Source: Hamiltosporidium tvaerminnensis FI-OER-3-3 (lineage: Eukaryota > Fungi > Microsporidia). From it: DNA of 64,000 bases. The stretch covers positions 248,001-312,000 of the forward strand of contig CM061254.1 in the NCBI GenBank assembly GCA_022605425.2, written 5' to 3'. Below, piece after piece: positions 1 through 13,710 of this stretch (position 1 is its first letter; every line of letters begins with the position of its first letter). A program made the translations under genes and the position numbers. The notes under the pieces were generated by a model. It was not told the origin of the DNA and did no database searches. It was given only the letters and a program-made list of their open reading frames with translations.

Positions 1-1206
1 TGCTAGATATATTCTTAAATATAAAATATCTTGGATCTGATTTTCTCACTATTTCTATCATTTCATAATCATTTTTATTCGTTACACACAGATAAAAAAA
101 ATATTTTGTTTTCCACTTGTTAACTGTTTGTTCCGCGTTACACCAATTGAAATTAAATTCAAACGTGATATATGAATGTTTTAATAAAATTTTGAATTTG
201 TAATCATAATCTTCTTTAGTTTTTAACGATAAGAAATAATGAAATTCTGTGTTATGGCTAAACGATTTAAATTCAAAATTTCTTAGTGGATATGACAGTA
301 TAATATCTTCATATAGAGCTGGATCACATGAGAACCCAAAAGATATTATATACTGCTTCATTGCAGTTTTCAGTGTCGTTTTCCGAATTAAGGTATCTTC
401 TTCGTATAATACAGATCCAATTGTATCAATAATATAGAGATTATAATTACCAAACAAATAATACGTGTTTTTTCCAAATGCTTCATTAAATAACTTAATC
501 ATTTTGGATTTATCAATATTTTCATTGGGTGTTTCAACTTCTGAGAATATTTTAACGGATAAAAAATCATACTTATATTTAATCAATGTTGAAGTCAGTA
601 ATTGATATGTGTAGGGTATATTTTTTGTTATTCCATTGCTTACATCCTCTATTGAAATTTAAGATATATCTTTACAATGAAAAATTGAGATTTTGCGCAA
701 ACATTTATACATTTGAAATAATAAAAATAGGAAGAACTTAAATCCTTTTGACTTAAAATTTTGCAGCTGTTTCGTACAGAATCTGCTCTGTATGAAAAAG
801 ATGGAGATCATGCAAATGATACCGACCAAGTATGATGATATATTTGTTTTATGTGAAACGCTTTGAATATAATTTGTTTAAATGGAAATTTCGTATTCAA
901 ATCTGCCGTATATAGATTTATATTATATACACTTTAGCTCTTTGATTCAAGATAATTTAATATTGAGCTAGTTGCAAGTTCAAGATGAATATCATAAAAC
1001 ATTAAATATGTAAAATCCATTGAAATTGATTGTGAGAGAAGCTGTTTTGTCTCCATATTATATAAATCAAGTGATTTTTTCATGAGGTATTCTCTATATT
1101 CATCTATATCGTAATACTTCCCAGTAAAATCCGTAGGCTTGCAAAAGCTAATAAACGTACAAAAAACTAGAAAATTTTTCTTGAATATTTCAACCATTCC
1201 GTTCAT
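1..1206 (-). pseudogene. FEFNFNW-family paralogue 1 (pseudogene; runs off the left edge of the window)
   Basis: ORF 934-1230 matches the N-terminus of 30052-31383 (FCTFISFC..YYDIDEYREYLMKKSLDLY). Reading continues through the in-frame TAA at 934-936 (SVYNINLYTADLNTKFPFKQ...), with further stops. ITFEFNFNW is encoded on the minus strand at ~143-169. A CCC lies just 5' of the ATG at 1206. Confidence 0.85.
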
Positions 1207-1689
1207 GTTTGGGTTAGTGGAAAATTTCATTTAATAGCAATATAGATTTTTTTTAGATGTTCTAATTATAGTAATTAATGTCATATTTTAAAAAAGACTC
1301 ACCTCGTTTATTCTAGTCTTTTTATTTCGTTATATAATTAACTTATGGTAAAAATACTGAAGAAATTTTCTGTTTAATTATTTGGTAGAGTCATATTTAA
1401 AAAATTACTCTATGCATTTTTTAGCTCGAAGGTGGAGCTTTAAGGAATTTTGGATAGAAATCTAAAAAAGTGTCAAAATGATATACAAAAATGACAAAAC
1501 TAGTTGAAAAACTTAAAATATAATACGTCAAATAACAAAATTTATTTAAAATGGATTTTTTTATTCTATGTTTTTTAGTTACCCTTGAGAATATTTCTTG
1601 TTCCATTTTTTCACCTATTTTTGACTTTTTAGTACTATTAGTAATATTTTAAAAATTGGTATAAGAAAAAAAGTTGTAGCCCAAAACAA

Positions 1690-2630
1690 AGGAAAATCAT
1701 AAGAAAAGGCTAAAACTAAGCCGATGAGTTTCAAACGAGTTTTAATGAGACTAAAATTTAAGAAAATTCTACCGGGAATCCTCAATTTTACTCCTCTTAC
1801 AAAAACGCTGAATCCATCACCTTGCCAAACATATAATAACACGCACAACTCTGGGAATTGATATTCAACTTCGCTTAATACACAACCCGATCATCAGACA
1901 AAATCTCTGAGTACTAGCCTTAGTGCGACATGAAAAACGCAAAACTCAAGCTATTTTCAAAGGTAAATGTTAAATGCCAATGAATACATTACTCGATTCC
2001 TTAACAACTGAAACGGAGAAATAGTCTCAAATTGTTTTATTTCAGTACGTACAAGATTGTAAGGAGTGACTAGAAATGACTGGATAGAGCTTCACATTTA
2101 CTATAAAGATATTTCGGGTGTGGTATAACCCTTTACGCGTTAAAAAAAACCACACAAAATGTTGCGCAAATGGAGCTAAAGTAATAAAATATCGGGAGCG
2201 ACATGGAATAGCTGCATATTTCCTCCAACCGTGTTCCCCGGATCGAAACCCCTCGGTGCATAAACCCTAGAGATCGTTTTTGCATAAAATCGAAGACATC
2301 TTGGAGAACTAATTTGAAAAGCGCGCCTTACTCGAAAAAAAACACAAGTAATTTGTATGACAGAAAAATTATGGTATCATGTCTCGAATAGTAAATGACT
2401 ATGCTAGAGCTCATATACTCGATTCAATCAAAGGTGCCGCGAATATATTAAAAGCTGCGCAGTAATCTAGGACAAAGCACCGGATATTGAGAAATTCTAA
2501 AATCACTTGACAAGAAAAACATAGAGGGCAAAATCCTCCACTTAACACTGTTTAAAGATCTCCTTGACAATACTGTAGATAAAAAAACTTACCGCGTCGA
2601 AAAAAAATACATAAGACAACCATGTAACAG
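1690..2630 (+). mobile_element. Degenerate 5' (N-terminal) fragment of the R4/Dong-type non-LTR retrotransposon
   Basis: DNA homology to 24800-25800, e.g. 2390 gtaaatgactatgctagagctcatatac...aagctgcgcag vs 25521 gtgaatatgccaaagctcatatac...aagctgcgcag, and 1990 ctcgattccttaacaactgaaac vs 25116 ttcgattccgtaactgccgaaac. Many stops. Confidence 0.75.
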
Positions 2631-5600
2631 TTAAATTTGTACTTTTTCGGTGTAACTAAATTTTTAAGGCTTTGGTTAATAAGAATGATTCTTGTAATTT
2701 CAATGTTAAAAGCTTACGATGTATGGAACTTAAGGCAATTTTGAAAACTACTATATCTTAAAATTGTTCCGAGGTCAATTTTTTTAATTCATTTGAGCAT
2801 TTGACTCACAATGAGATAATATTTCATGAAATTGTTAGTTTTTGTTCTAAATAGAATAAAAATAAAACCTTGTCACGTAAGGTGATATTTATTTTACTTT
2901 GGATCAGATAATCATAAGATGATGTTTGATTAACTTTATAAATTAGGAGAATCATTAATTTCAGTTCTAACCGGAAAGCTACTAAATATATGGTACTTGC
3001 AATTTATTCCTCAAGAGGCTAAGAACTCTTTACAAATACTTATGGTATTATGAAAGTTATATGTTTAATTCTGCAATATATGTATTCCGAAAATTTTGAG
3101 GCACATAATCGAAAAAGTTACTCATAAGTTAATTTGGAAAAGGATTTTGATGAAAACAGAGTGTATCTCAATAGAGAAATTTAAAATGCGCAATATTAAG
3201 TGACAATCTATTTTTTAAATATAAAAAAAATATTGAATCTTTCCAAGAACTATATATTTCCAACGGAATGATCTTAAGAAAAAAACAAAAAAATTAATAA
3301 AATGTATAAATATGATGTTTCAGTTTTCTTTCAAACCAAAATAAATGAAAATCAAATATTTAAGTAGTATATTTGAGTTACACGCTTAACTCACGATCTT
3401 AATTTATGCCATAGTATAAACAATTATAAACCAGCTGGTATAAAAATTCGACACTAATATACTTTTTATTATGTTATGGAATGGCTCGCCAATAACAGCA
3501 CAGGTTGGAATCAGAAATGACCAAATCAATGTTGAAATGAAATAAGTCGCAAATTCTTTACTTGTTTTTACCAACTAATGGTCTTAATAAATATTTTATC
3601 TTTACATCTAATCTAATATTGATCAGTATTTGAGGAAATGCTATTATAAACGATGATAAATGAACATTTAAGGTTTCACTTTTATATATTTTAGAGGCGT
3701 AAATTTAAAAAAAATTTAAAGTGTCAATATATTTCTAGCATGTTTATTCTATAGTATACCGTTAATATTTTTTTTGTTGGACAATTAAGCAACAACAAGT
3801 TCATTGCGTAAAATATGATATTTTATTTTCTAGTAGTTTAGGGAAAGAAAAAAAGCAAAATGTTAATACAAATAACCTTTATCTTATCCTAACTTCTGTT
3901 TAAATATTTCGAATTAAATTACGTAATATACATATTTCGGGACAATAAAGCACACTTATTAAATATGATATGAGTTTTACATCATTTTAAATCTATAATT
4001 TACTTTAACGAAATATCAATTTCTTTAAGCCACATTGTACATCAATAAGAATTCAATATGATTTTAAGATGTTATGAAATTATGTCAACGTGTTTATAAT
4101 TTTCTTTTATTATTTGTTCAATATATTTTAATAAAACGTATAAACATTAAAGAAGGACAAGGTTTCCTGTTAATCACAGATGATTTTGATTTAAATTAAA
4201 ACAGTGGCAAGTTATTAATGTGCTAATCTTTTCGAATGCTGTAAGTCTTCAAAGTAATACCTAAATGAAATTCGATGAACTTTTGCTAATTTAAAAGGAT
4301 ATTTATTTAAGGCACGAAATAATAATTAAAATAGCATATTTATTATTTAAAATCCTAATTTACATTTTTAAACCGAAACCGATTTTTTCTAGCTCGCTCT
4401 ATTATTTAGAAAACCTTCGAAAATACCATCATAAATCTTTTCATCAATAACTTTATAAAAGTTTTTTCTTAACATTTGTTGCCGATTTATAAATCAGAGC
4501 TGTTGGTTTTTTTATATATTTAATTTTTTTACATTTTAAACTTATCCAAAATTTAATTTATCTGTATAAGCAGGGATTGAATATGAAAAATCTTTCTTAG
4601 AGCGATGCATAATATTTTTAGGTTTTTTATAATTCCACTAATTAATAAAGAAAACCATGTTGCTTATATTTGAGTCGAAATAATGCATTTCCATTAGTAC
4701 TTCAAGCTAAGAGAACTTTTAAATAAAGTAAAAAAATCTCAAATATAATTTACTATCGGAAGATCTTATATTTATCCTCTAAAAATTTCGAAGACAAGTT
4801 TGTAAGATACATATCGAATTAAATTTGGTTTACTTCATAATATTATAAAAATTTCATACAATCTTTTTTTATTAAATTTATAACCAAAGCTAACGCATAA
4901 ATGAATTAAATGTGGAAAATTGCATGTTTAAATTGTAGATATCAAAAACATATTACCATATTGATTTCTCAAATAAATAAAATGTATTTTGCAATATCTG
5001 AATACATAATATAAAAATTTGATATAATTATATAATTGTCTTTCTCATGCCATAAATGTGTTTGAAAGTAAAAAGGTAATTATTGTAATGATATTAATTA
5101 AAATAACTATAACACATAAACTAATATCTTATTATATAGAGTTATAGGATCGTACTTTTAATATAAATAAGAATTATCTTTAGATTTTTTGGATTTTTTT
5201 CCATTTAAAGAAAGAAATTCTAGTTAATAATTTCAAAGGAATTCGAAGCAGCTACACTTGAATTTCCAATAGAATTATATTATAAATGAAACAGCATTTA
5301 ATATACATCATATTAAATGACCTTTTGATTTTTTATTATTTTCTATATATTAAATATTTAACAAATCAACTTCGAAAAAACTTAAAATTTTAATTTTATT
5401 AGCCTTATAAATGTAATTTAACAAATTAAAAAGAAAATTTATTTGTTATAAAATGCAGTATACAGAATTAATGATTATTATAAATTTAATTTTGTCTAGA
5501 AGTAATTCTATTTCCAGAATAAATTTTAAATTGTTGAGAAAATTGGTATTTTTCGATCTAGAACAATACAATTCAAAACAAAACTTTATATAAGCTATAA

Positions 5601-8600
5601 ACCGTGTTTATATGACATTCTATAAAAGGAAGTAAGAATTTTATAGAATAATCGATGTAAACAAATTTTCCTAATCCGGACACAAATTTGTTCGAAAAAA
5701 AAGTATAAATAGATCGAAAAAACCCTCAAATTATGAAAAATTCAGAAGCAATATTTGCTTTGGGTATAGCGAACTAAGAAAATGAAGATGCTTTTATAAA
5801 GAGAAGAAGCATCTATGTGCAAGATGCCATTATGAACATGATAAAGATACAATGGGGAGGGGGGTTTATTTTTAATGAAAGTTTGAAGATCTATATGAAA
5901 TACAAAGAAAGGAAAAATTTGGTGACGCATTGGAAAATAAGGTCTGTTGTACTGATGGGATTGAAAAAGGAATGCTGAGTGATGGCTCGGAATAGAAAGG
6001 TTCGGCTGTATGTATAAGATCAAAAAAGATTTTAAGAACCGAAGACTTTTCGAAGGAAAGAAATGCTTAATAGTGTGAAATGTTAGCATAGAAAAAAAAA
6101 CAAATTTACCTAATAATGTTCGAAACGAAGAAAATCCCCAGAAATATTGGCTTTTTTATAAAGCAGTGATGCAAACGAAAACATGAAAAAATTGCTCTCA
6201 GATGAGCAGTTCGAAAAAAGAAATACCCCCCTCCCCTACTGAAAAAAAGTTTTTATCTTAAAAACAATTGAATTGAAAACTTTGGTTTAAAAGTTGAATA
6301 TTTTTTAGAAATGAAACAATAAAATTAAAACCCATAAAAAAGAATTAAATCTAAAATAAATAATAAATATGAAATATACTTTAACCTGAAAAGTGGTATG
6401 AAAGAAACAAAAGAGATAACAAGAAAATAACAGTGAGAAATATACATTGATATAATTATCATTTTCTATTCTAGATTATCATACATTTTGAAACAAAACA
6501 AAATTTTAAAAGCCTATAATAAACACAAATTACCCACAACTATTGATCCGTCAGAAAGAGTAGTATATAAATCATATAAAATTCATTATAACTTTTAAAT
6601 AAAGAATATGAAATCTAAAGCAAGTAAAAAAATATATTTAACCCGAAATCACGAAAAAGGAAATTCATAAGATCCGAAAAAAATTATAAGATTTAAGTTT
6701 ACCAACTATTAAGCATTTTTCTATTATACTTTGAACTAAATAAAATCTTTAAATAATTCAAAATAAGTAGAAATGTGTGAAAAAATAGAAAATATTTTAA
6801 TTGATATACTGTTTAAGATCTAAATATGGCTTTAAAGATAATGTGAAATAATGTAACCAAAACTATCCAGCTTTATTCATCACCATTGATATTAAATTGT
6901 TAGTTACTAAGGATCTGATAAATACTATACTATAAATCACACTAAAGATTCTAGAATTATTATCATGAATATTAAAAACATAGACCATAATTTATATTTG
7001 CTCTAATCACTTATAACAAGAACAACACCAATAATTTTAATAAATATATCTATCAAAACTTTCATTTCTTTTCATTATTTTTTTTCATTTATAAATTTTC
7101 TTTTAAACTTTCTAAAGTTTTTGAGCAAATAATAAATTGATATAAAATTTGCTCTGAAGATGTTTTAATAACGAGATTATTTTAGAAAAAAACTTTTCCA
7201 AATAAATAACTGTAATCAAGCCGTATATTATTATAACGCAAGTTTAGAAATGTGTAGAAAATATTTATTTAGATTATCTTTGATTTTTTAAAAAAAATAT
7301 TTTATTATTAATATCAGTCTAAAAAACATTGCTACTTTTTTAAATAATCTAATATAATTACAATTTAAACTGATAAAACTTTTTTAAAACCGGTAAATTC
7401 AATTAAACGCTGGGTTTTTAATACACAAACTATAATTTTTCTGGGACTTTACAGGAAATTTAGGATTATAAACTGCGATAATTTTTAAATGACTTCTTAT
7501 TTCATCTGAAATCGAAATTATATTTAAAAAAAGCAGTAAGTTTGATGAAAATCGATTTAAATATTTGATCTTCACGTTTCGAATCATATTTTAAGTTCAT
7601 TTTTATTTGTACTCAGATTAAATATATGTATTTTATAAAACTTTCTCTACTCATTAAGAAACTGGAATTTCATCAAATTTATTCTGAAATATATTTCCTG
7701 TATAATTTAATTAAGTGCCAAATTTAATATTATAATAAATAAATCAGATAAAAATAAGCCATAATTTTAAATTTTGCGACATATAGGAGAACCGGAATGC
7801 AAAAATATGAAAATACAAAATCTAATTACAATCCTCCTTAAGCAAGCATAGGAGTTTAATTCAATTTCTCGGTGATTTTTTTAAGTCTTTTACTTTTCTT
7901 AACAATGTCTAAATATAGATTAAAACCCGCAAAAATAATATTTTGTTAAATGCTAAATGTATAAACTATAACTTAAATTCTCCAACTAAAATAAATTAAT
8001 GAAATCAAACCAAACTAAAATACATTAATTGTTAAAAGCGCTATGACATGATATATCTAATTGAATAATTTATATATTTTTACAGATATTTTATAGATAT
8101 TTAAAAAAGGAAAATAGATTAAATTTAATCCAGAATAATTAAAATAAAATCTTATTTTTTTATTTAATTTTGTTTTCCAATTCTTTCTTAATTAACTTAT
8201 TCTTAATTATTAAGTTTTAGAGAATTTTTTATGTTGAAAAAGTAATTTACATTAAAAACAAATTTCTATACACCTTAGTTCTTAAATTTATTCTTAAATC
8301 TTACCTTTAAAAAGTATTTTAATTATTATTTATAAGAAGTTACTTAGTTTGATTCGGATTTTACACAATAAATTTATATATAATTTTCTATAAACTATTA
8401 AACTTTTACATTTAAATTGTAAAAAAAGAAAATTTTTTATAATATGCATTTAAATAATTAATTATTTGGCTTAAGTTCATCTAAATTATTTATATTGACC
8501 AAAGTATAGACGTGTATCTAGTTTTAAGTTATGTTGGTTAGAAGACTACTTAAAAATATATTACAAATATCATCTAATCGAATAAAAACGAGATCAAATC

Positions 8601-9559
8601 AAAGCAATAAAACTTCGAGATTTATCAATAAAAATTACTCAGGTAGAATACTAGAATATTTGGCGAAACTTTAAAAGCCGTAAAAATTCCTTCGAAGAAT
8701 ATCAAATCGATTAAAGACTTTACCACGGACTTGTAGGATTTGCAAATTTAAGGTAAAAAGAAAAGTTAGACAAATATAAATATTTTTAAACAAGCCAATT
8801 AAAAAAATGTAGCTAATCTACATAAATCCCACCAGACTAAGTACTACGATTTTCAATATAACTTTCTATATATTATATTTTCCGGCTTAAAAACACATCT
8901 CTGTATAAAAAATATTATATTACCTCTTTTCTAATTTTATTGCAAAAACTTAATAAGATTTCTTTTTGAGCATTTAGGAGTTTTAAAAGTTTTTTTATCT
9001 TAACTAATTAAAGATTAGATAAACGTATTTTAAATTTATTAATTTTTGCTTTGTTGTAATAAAAACTTGATTCGTGGATAATATTATAATTTCTCTTTGA
9101 GGAAAGATACGTACAAAAATAATAAAAAAAATTAAATACTCGTCGTATTTCAAACTGCATCTCTCCTCATTCTGCCCATATATTTTGTTTTACTATTAAC
9201 CAAAGGTAAAGCAACGGAGAAATTTTCTGCGCGTTAATTAAGATAAACGTTATAGAAAAATGAATTTATTTATGCGTTTTTTTGACGTCAAAGAGTATTT
9301 TAGGAAATTTAGCGGGTAATTGATTAGCAACCTATAGAAATAGTCTATAAAAAAAATTACAGAATTCAGATGTTAAAATAATAATAAAATTATAGAAATA
9401 AGATTTCAACGTAAAAAAATAGGAAAAAATAATAAAAAACTATGTCAAAATAGCAAAAAAAAAAATTATATTTCATATTTTTATTCTTTTAAACATTTTA
9501 TTCACCTGTGTTTGGTTTCTTTTGCGCATGTTTTTGACTATTAACATAGTATATTTATG

Positions 9560-10040
9560 GAATAAAATCTATTAAATATATGGTTCATAATCAGAAAATG
9601 AGTCGAAAAGATTCCTTAAAGTTGTAGGAATAAAGTTGGAATCAATTATTCCAATGTTTCCACTATTTTAAGCAAAATTTATAGGATGAGAATTTGTATT
9701 TTCAATTCTTTTAAGAGCCCAATTTTTACACTTACCACATATATTTATACAATCTTTTACAGCAGTTGATGGCATTCCACAGCAGTTATGATTTGTTAGA
9801 GCGATTTTTCTTATGATGTAAACTAGCTCTCTTATATACTGTTCCGATTATCATTTTAATGACTTTTATTCAAATATGAATCTAATCTTAACCTTATTTA
9901 CTCCTGTTTTTCTAAACTCTTAGTCATTGGTATAAGGAAAAAGATTACTTTTGCTGTATAATGCGTTTTTCTGTTCCTTTGAATGTGCATTTAGACATTA
10001 ATCTAAGTAGTAATGTTTAAACCATTATAAAATCCATTAT
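9560..10040 (-). mobile_element. Relic of a Ginger/Gypsy-like integrase N-terminal and zinc-binding region
   Basis: Minus-strand translation gives YYLD*CLNAHSKEQKNALYSKSNLF ... GMPSTAVKDCINICGKCKN, resembling the 'S..QK.AL..K...F' lead-in and the CxxC of H2C2 integrase zinc fingers. Heavily interrupted. Confidence 0.4.
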
Positions 10041-10638
10041 TATTATATTTTCTCACTATAAGTTTTAAGATGCTATACATAATTGAAAAAAAATATTATA
10101 ATAGAAATCTATGAGTTCAGGTCAAAAATGTTTTATTTTTTGTATATACTGCAATTGTTTCAAAGTTCTTGGCATTTAAGAATGCTATAAAAAACATTTA
10201 TTCCATATATTTTAAAACAACAAAAATTTTGTAAAAATACAACTAAAAGACACAGATACACGGAAAAATAAAAAATATATTTGAATTTGTTTTATATTAT
10301 AATTGTTTGTATTTTTTAAGGGTCCATTCCATACGTTTTTTTAGTTTATTTTAAGTTTCGTAATTATATAAAATAAAGTAGGCAATGTTAAATTGGAAGA
10401 TGTTTAAAAACGACAATTATTTTTTAATTTACTTAATGAATATTTCATTCTATTTTAAATTATAAACAAAGTAAATAGAAAGAAGTTTTATTGTAAATGA
10501 TAGTAGTGTAATTAAAGGAATGCTCTTAATGAGTATTGTTGTTAACACCCTTTTATTAATATGATAGATTATTAAGACCCTGTTATTAATAATTAGTATC
10601 ATTAACACACCATACCCCCCTACACACATACCTTTTCC

Positions 10639-11874
10639 CTACTTCTTACTACCCCCTCCCCCTTTAGGAGCATTAAACTTAAAGTGTATAATATCCCCAT
10701 CCTCTACAACGTATATCTTCCCTTTAGTATAACACTTCCCCTTCTTCCTAACCTCAGCCTCACTCCCCAACTCATGCAAATCTTTATAATTAAAAACCTC
10801 AGCCGCAACAAAATATTTCTCAAAATCCGTATGAATGACACCTCCTGCCTGTGGCAATAAAGTTTTATTTCGAATTTTCCAACTTCTTACTTCATCCTTA
10901 CCCACAGTAAAATACGTTATCAAATCCAATACACTACATCCCATCCTTACCATCTTATCTATAAACACCTTGGTACCTTCTCCCTCCGAACTAAATATTA
11001 TCGGTTTTACATGTAATATTGATTTTAAATATTTATTTATTTTTTTATTTTTATAATCTTCGTTACTTATATTTGCCAAGTAAACAACAGGCTTTGTTGT
11101 AAGTAAATTTAAAGTACTAATAAATAACACCTCATCATTCGAAAGAGCAAAATTAGAGGGAATAGGATTGTTATTAATAGTATTTATATTAGACGTTGTA
11201 TTATTGGTTGCATTATTATCCTTGCTAATACCAATATTAATATCTTTATGGCTTATATTACTCTTCCCCTTATCAATATCATTTTCCCCCTTGTTGAGAC
11301 ACTCGGTAAGCCAGCACACCTCTAATATATCCTTTATCTTAGCAAGTGTATTATGTTCAAATAACACCCTTTTATCTTTACTGAGATTATTTCTATTTTT
11401 AATAGATTTTTCTAGAATTTTATTGACTAATTGTAGGTCTTTAAAACGTAACTCATCATTGATAGTGATTATATCTCGTGTGGGGTCAACAGTAGTGTCG
11501 TAATGTACAACACTATTGTCTTCAAAGCATCTAACCACATGGAATATACCGTCTGTTGTACGTATATTGTCTAAAAATGCATTTCCTAACCCTAAACCAG
11601 TAGATGCGCCTTTTACAAGTCCTGCTATATCTGTAACGTTAAGATATGAAGGTATTGTATTTTTTGGGGTGTAAATGTTTGAAAGATGCGATAATCTGGG
11701 GTCTGGAATTGATACACGACCATCGGTAGGGTCTATTGTACAAAAGGGATAGTTGTGTGCTTGGACGGAAGAGTTCGTTAGAAGGTTGAAAAGTGTAGAT
11801 TTTCCAACGTTTGGCATACCCACTATTCCCATGGAAAGGTTATGTGATTTGGTCGGTCTTGAAAACTTTTGCAT
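10639..11874 (-). CDS. OLA1: Obg-like ATPase OLA1/YchF (411 aa)
   Basis: GMPNVGKST P-loop, NYPFCTIDP switch I, DIAGLVKGA, KPVVYLAN and a C-terminal TGS domain (QAGGVIHTDFEK...VEDGDIIHFKFN). CCC lies immediately before the ATG. Confidence 0.97.
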   Translation of the reverse strand: MQKFSRPTKSHNLSMGIVGMPNVGKSTLFNLLTNSSVQAHNYPFCTIDPTDGRVSIPDPRLSHLSNIYTPKNTIPSYLNVTDIAGLVKGASTGLGLGNAFLDNIRTTDGIFHVVRCFEDNSVVHYDTTVDPTRDIITINDELRFKDLQLVNKILEKSIKNRNNLSKDKRVLFEHNTLAKIKDILEVCWLTECLNKGENDIDKGKSNISHKDINIGISKDNNATNNTTSNINTINNNPIPSNFALSNDEVLFISTLNLLTTKPVVYLANISNEDYKNKKINKYLKSILHVKPIIFSSEGEGTKVFIDKMVRMGCSVLDLITYFTVGKDEVRSWKIRNKTLLPQAGGVIHTDFEKYFVAAEVFNYKDLHELGSEAEVRKKGKCYTKGKIYVVEDGDIIHFKFNAPKGGGGSKK

Positions 11875-11882
11875 GGGTTTTT

Positions 11883-11978
11883 AATGAAGATTTAATAGAA
11901 ATTTTTAATGAGAATTTAACTGAAATTTTAAATGAGAATTTAACTGAAATTTTAAATGAGAATTTAGTAGAAATTTTT
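11883..11978. repeat. Tandem repeat, 4 x 24 bp (AATGAGAATTTAACTGAAATTTTA), directly upstream of OLA1
   Basis: Units start at 11883, 11907, 11931 and 11955. The array begins 8 bp upstream of the OLA1 start codon. Confidence 0.9.
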
Positions 11979-12202
11979 ATAGGAGGGCGTTATAAGACGG
12001 AATAGTGATTTAATATATATGAGGGTTAGATATTATATAGAAATGGGTTTATAAATAAGAGAATATTAATGATATAAGAATATTATGAAAAAAGAATATT
12101 AATTATTAAGAATAATAAGAAATATAGAGGTTTTCAATGAGCTAAAAACATCGTTGATTTTGTTTATAAAATAGTAGATTATAATTAAATACTAAAATGC
12201 TT

Positions 12203-12960
12203 GGTGGATGGAGAATAATCAGAGTGAAAATTTCTGGTTTAAAGATTGGGTGAAAATTGTGTTGAAATCATTGTTTTAGTTTTGAGTGAAGAAAAATACC
12301 TTACTTTTTTGAGCATTTAATCCTAATTTTTAAGGAAGAGAGGGCCTAGGAAGAGTCTGAAACTCCTTCGGCAAAGAAGGTTTGTAGTTTTTTGTGTAAA
12401 TTAGATTAAAAACCATGTTTATATTTTGGAGGTAAGGATATGTGAATCGACGTATGTAGAGGTAGAATATCGCAGTTGATACACTCAATATCATTCGAAA
12501 AAGTGAGATTTGCCTTTGGTTAACTAACTAGTCTAAAATTTAATGTCTAAGAAAAAATTTTAATTAGCCAAGCTCTTATTCAGTTTTGGATTCTTATTCA
12601 TATGAAATTTCGCACGTTTAAACTAATAATATCAGAAATTACAGCTTACATATGGGTAATGGCTATATAAAACGTGTGAAGCTTAGCCTTGCCTATTCAG
12701 TTTTGAAGAGCCGATGTTTAGGAGATTTAAAAACAACTACTTTTTAAAGGAACAGAAAAACTTAATAGATGATTAAATTTGCTGGTTTTACATCGCTAGG
12801 TTTAGATTGATTCAATGTAAGTCGTCGCAATATATCATAACCAGAAGTCTATTCGTAAGGCTCTTGGGTTGTGTGAAAAAGGCTGTTTTTCTCAAGAAAA
12901 GCCAATGTGAGGTGTGACTTGCGATTCCATTCCATTAAAGTATCTTCAATAACCTTTGAT
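12203..12960 (+). repeat. Dispersed ~700-bp repeat, copy A (diverged, with ~200 bp of extra sequence at ~12430-12640)
   Basis: Starts ggtggatgga like 28638 ggtggaggga. Shares gaagaaaa..ac..tac, gaagagtct, ttagccttgcc (12682, vs ctagccttgcc 28882) and aagtcgtcgcaatatatc (vs aagtcaccgaaatatatc). Confidence 0.65.
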
Positions 12961-13710
12961 GCTTCACTCATTAAATGGGGTTTACCCACCTTTTAGATGA
13001 AAAATTTTTCGATACTTGGTATCTTGGGATACCAATGAAGCTCGGTGATGCCTTTTTCAGAAATAAAAGCAAAAACAGCGTTAATGCATTACAATTGCAT
13101 CAAATATTACACTTAACAATGATCTTAATTAAATTAAAAACTTCGAAAAATATTTTATCAATTATCGATATTTAGAGCAAATTAAGTAAATTTTTATATT
13201 TCTGTAAATAACAAGTTATTCACTTAAAATTAAAATTTAGGACTGTAAAGTTAAAGAAAATTTTAACGAAGCAATTGATAATTTTTGATACTTAAAAAGT
13301 TTTATGAATTTAAATCTTGTGTCTACAAATACTATATATCTGATAATTTCAAATGTATAACACTTTATTTTTAAAAAAGCAGAAGTTTTAATAAAAAAAT
13401 AAATTGTTTTAAACATATAATATTGACATGTTTGTTGTTTTTCTAGACCAATTTCTAGTTTTTAATCTTCAAAATCCACGTTTAATATTTACAATATATC
13501 ATTTTGATGCTGTTATTCGAATAATGCAAGTAAATGTTTTTTCTATGATATTTTTATCTCGCATTCAACATAGATCAAATATTTTATCTTATAATTTCGC
13601 AATCTGTAACTGTTTTATCTAAAAATTCCCTTTTTATAAAACCAATTTAATTAATTAAAGAAAAAACATTTTTATTAACATCATAAAAGACTGATCTATT
13701 TGCCCCATAG

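Noticed and set aside
5742-6089. 115-aa minus-strand ORF in a purine-skewed region
   Set aside because: Composition suggests the antisense of a decayed plus-strand sequence; no recognisable domain.
10835-11503. ORFs 10835-11056 and 11168-11503 (+)
   Set aside because: Antisense shadows of OLA1.
11811-12005. ORF with NENLTEIL repeats
   Set aside because: Translation artefact of the 24-bp tandem repeat overlapping the OLA1 start.
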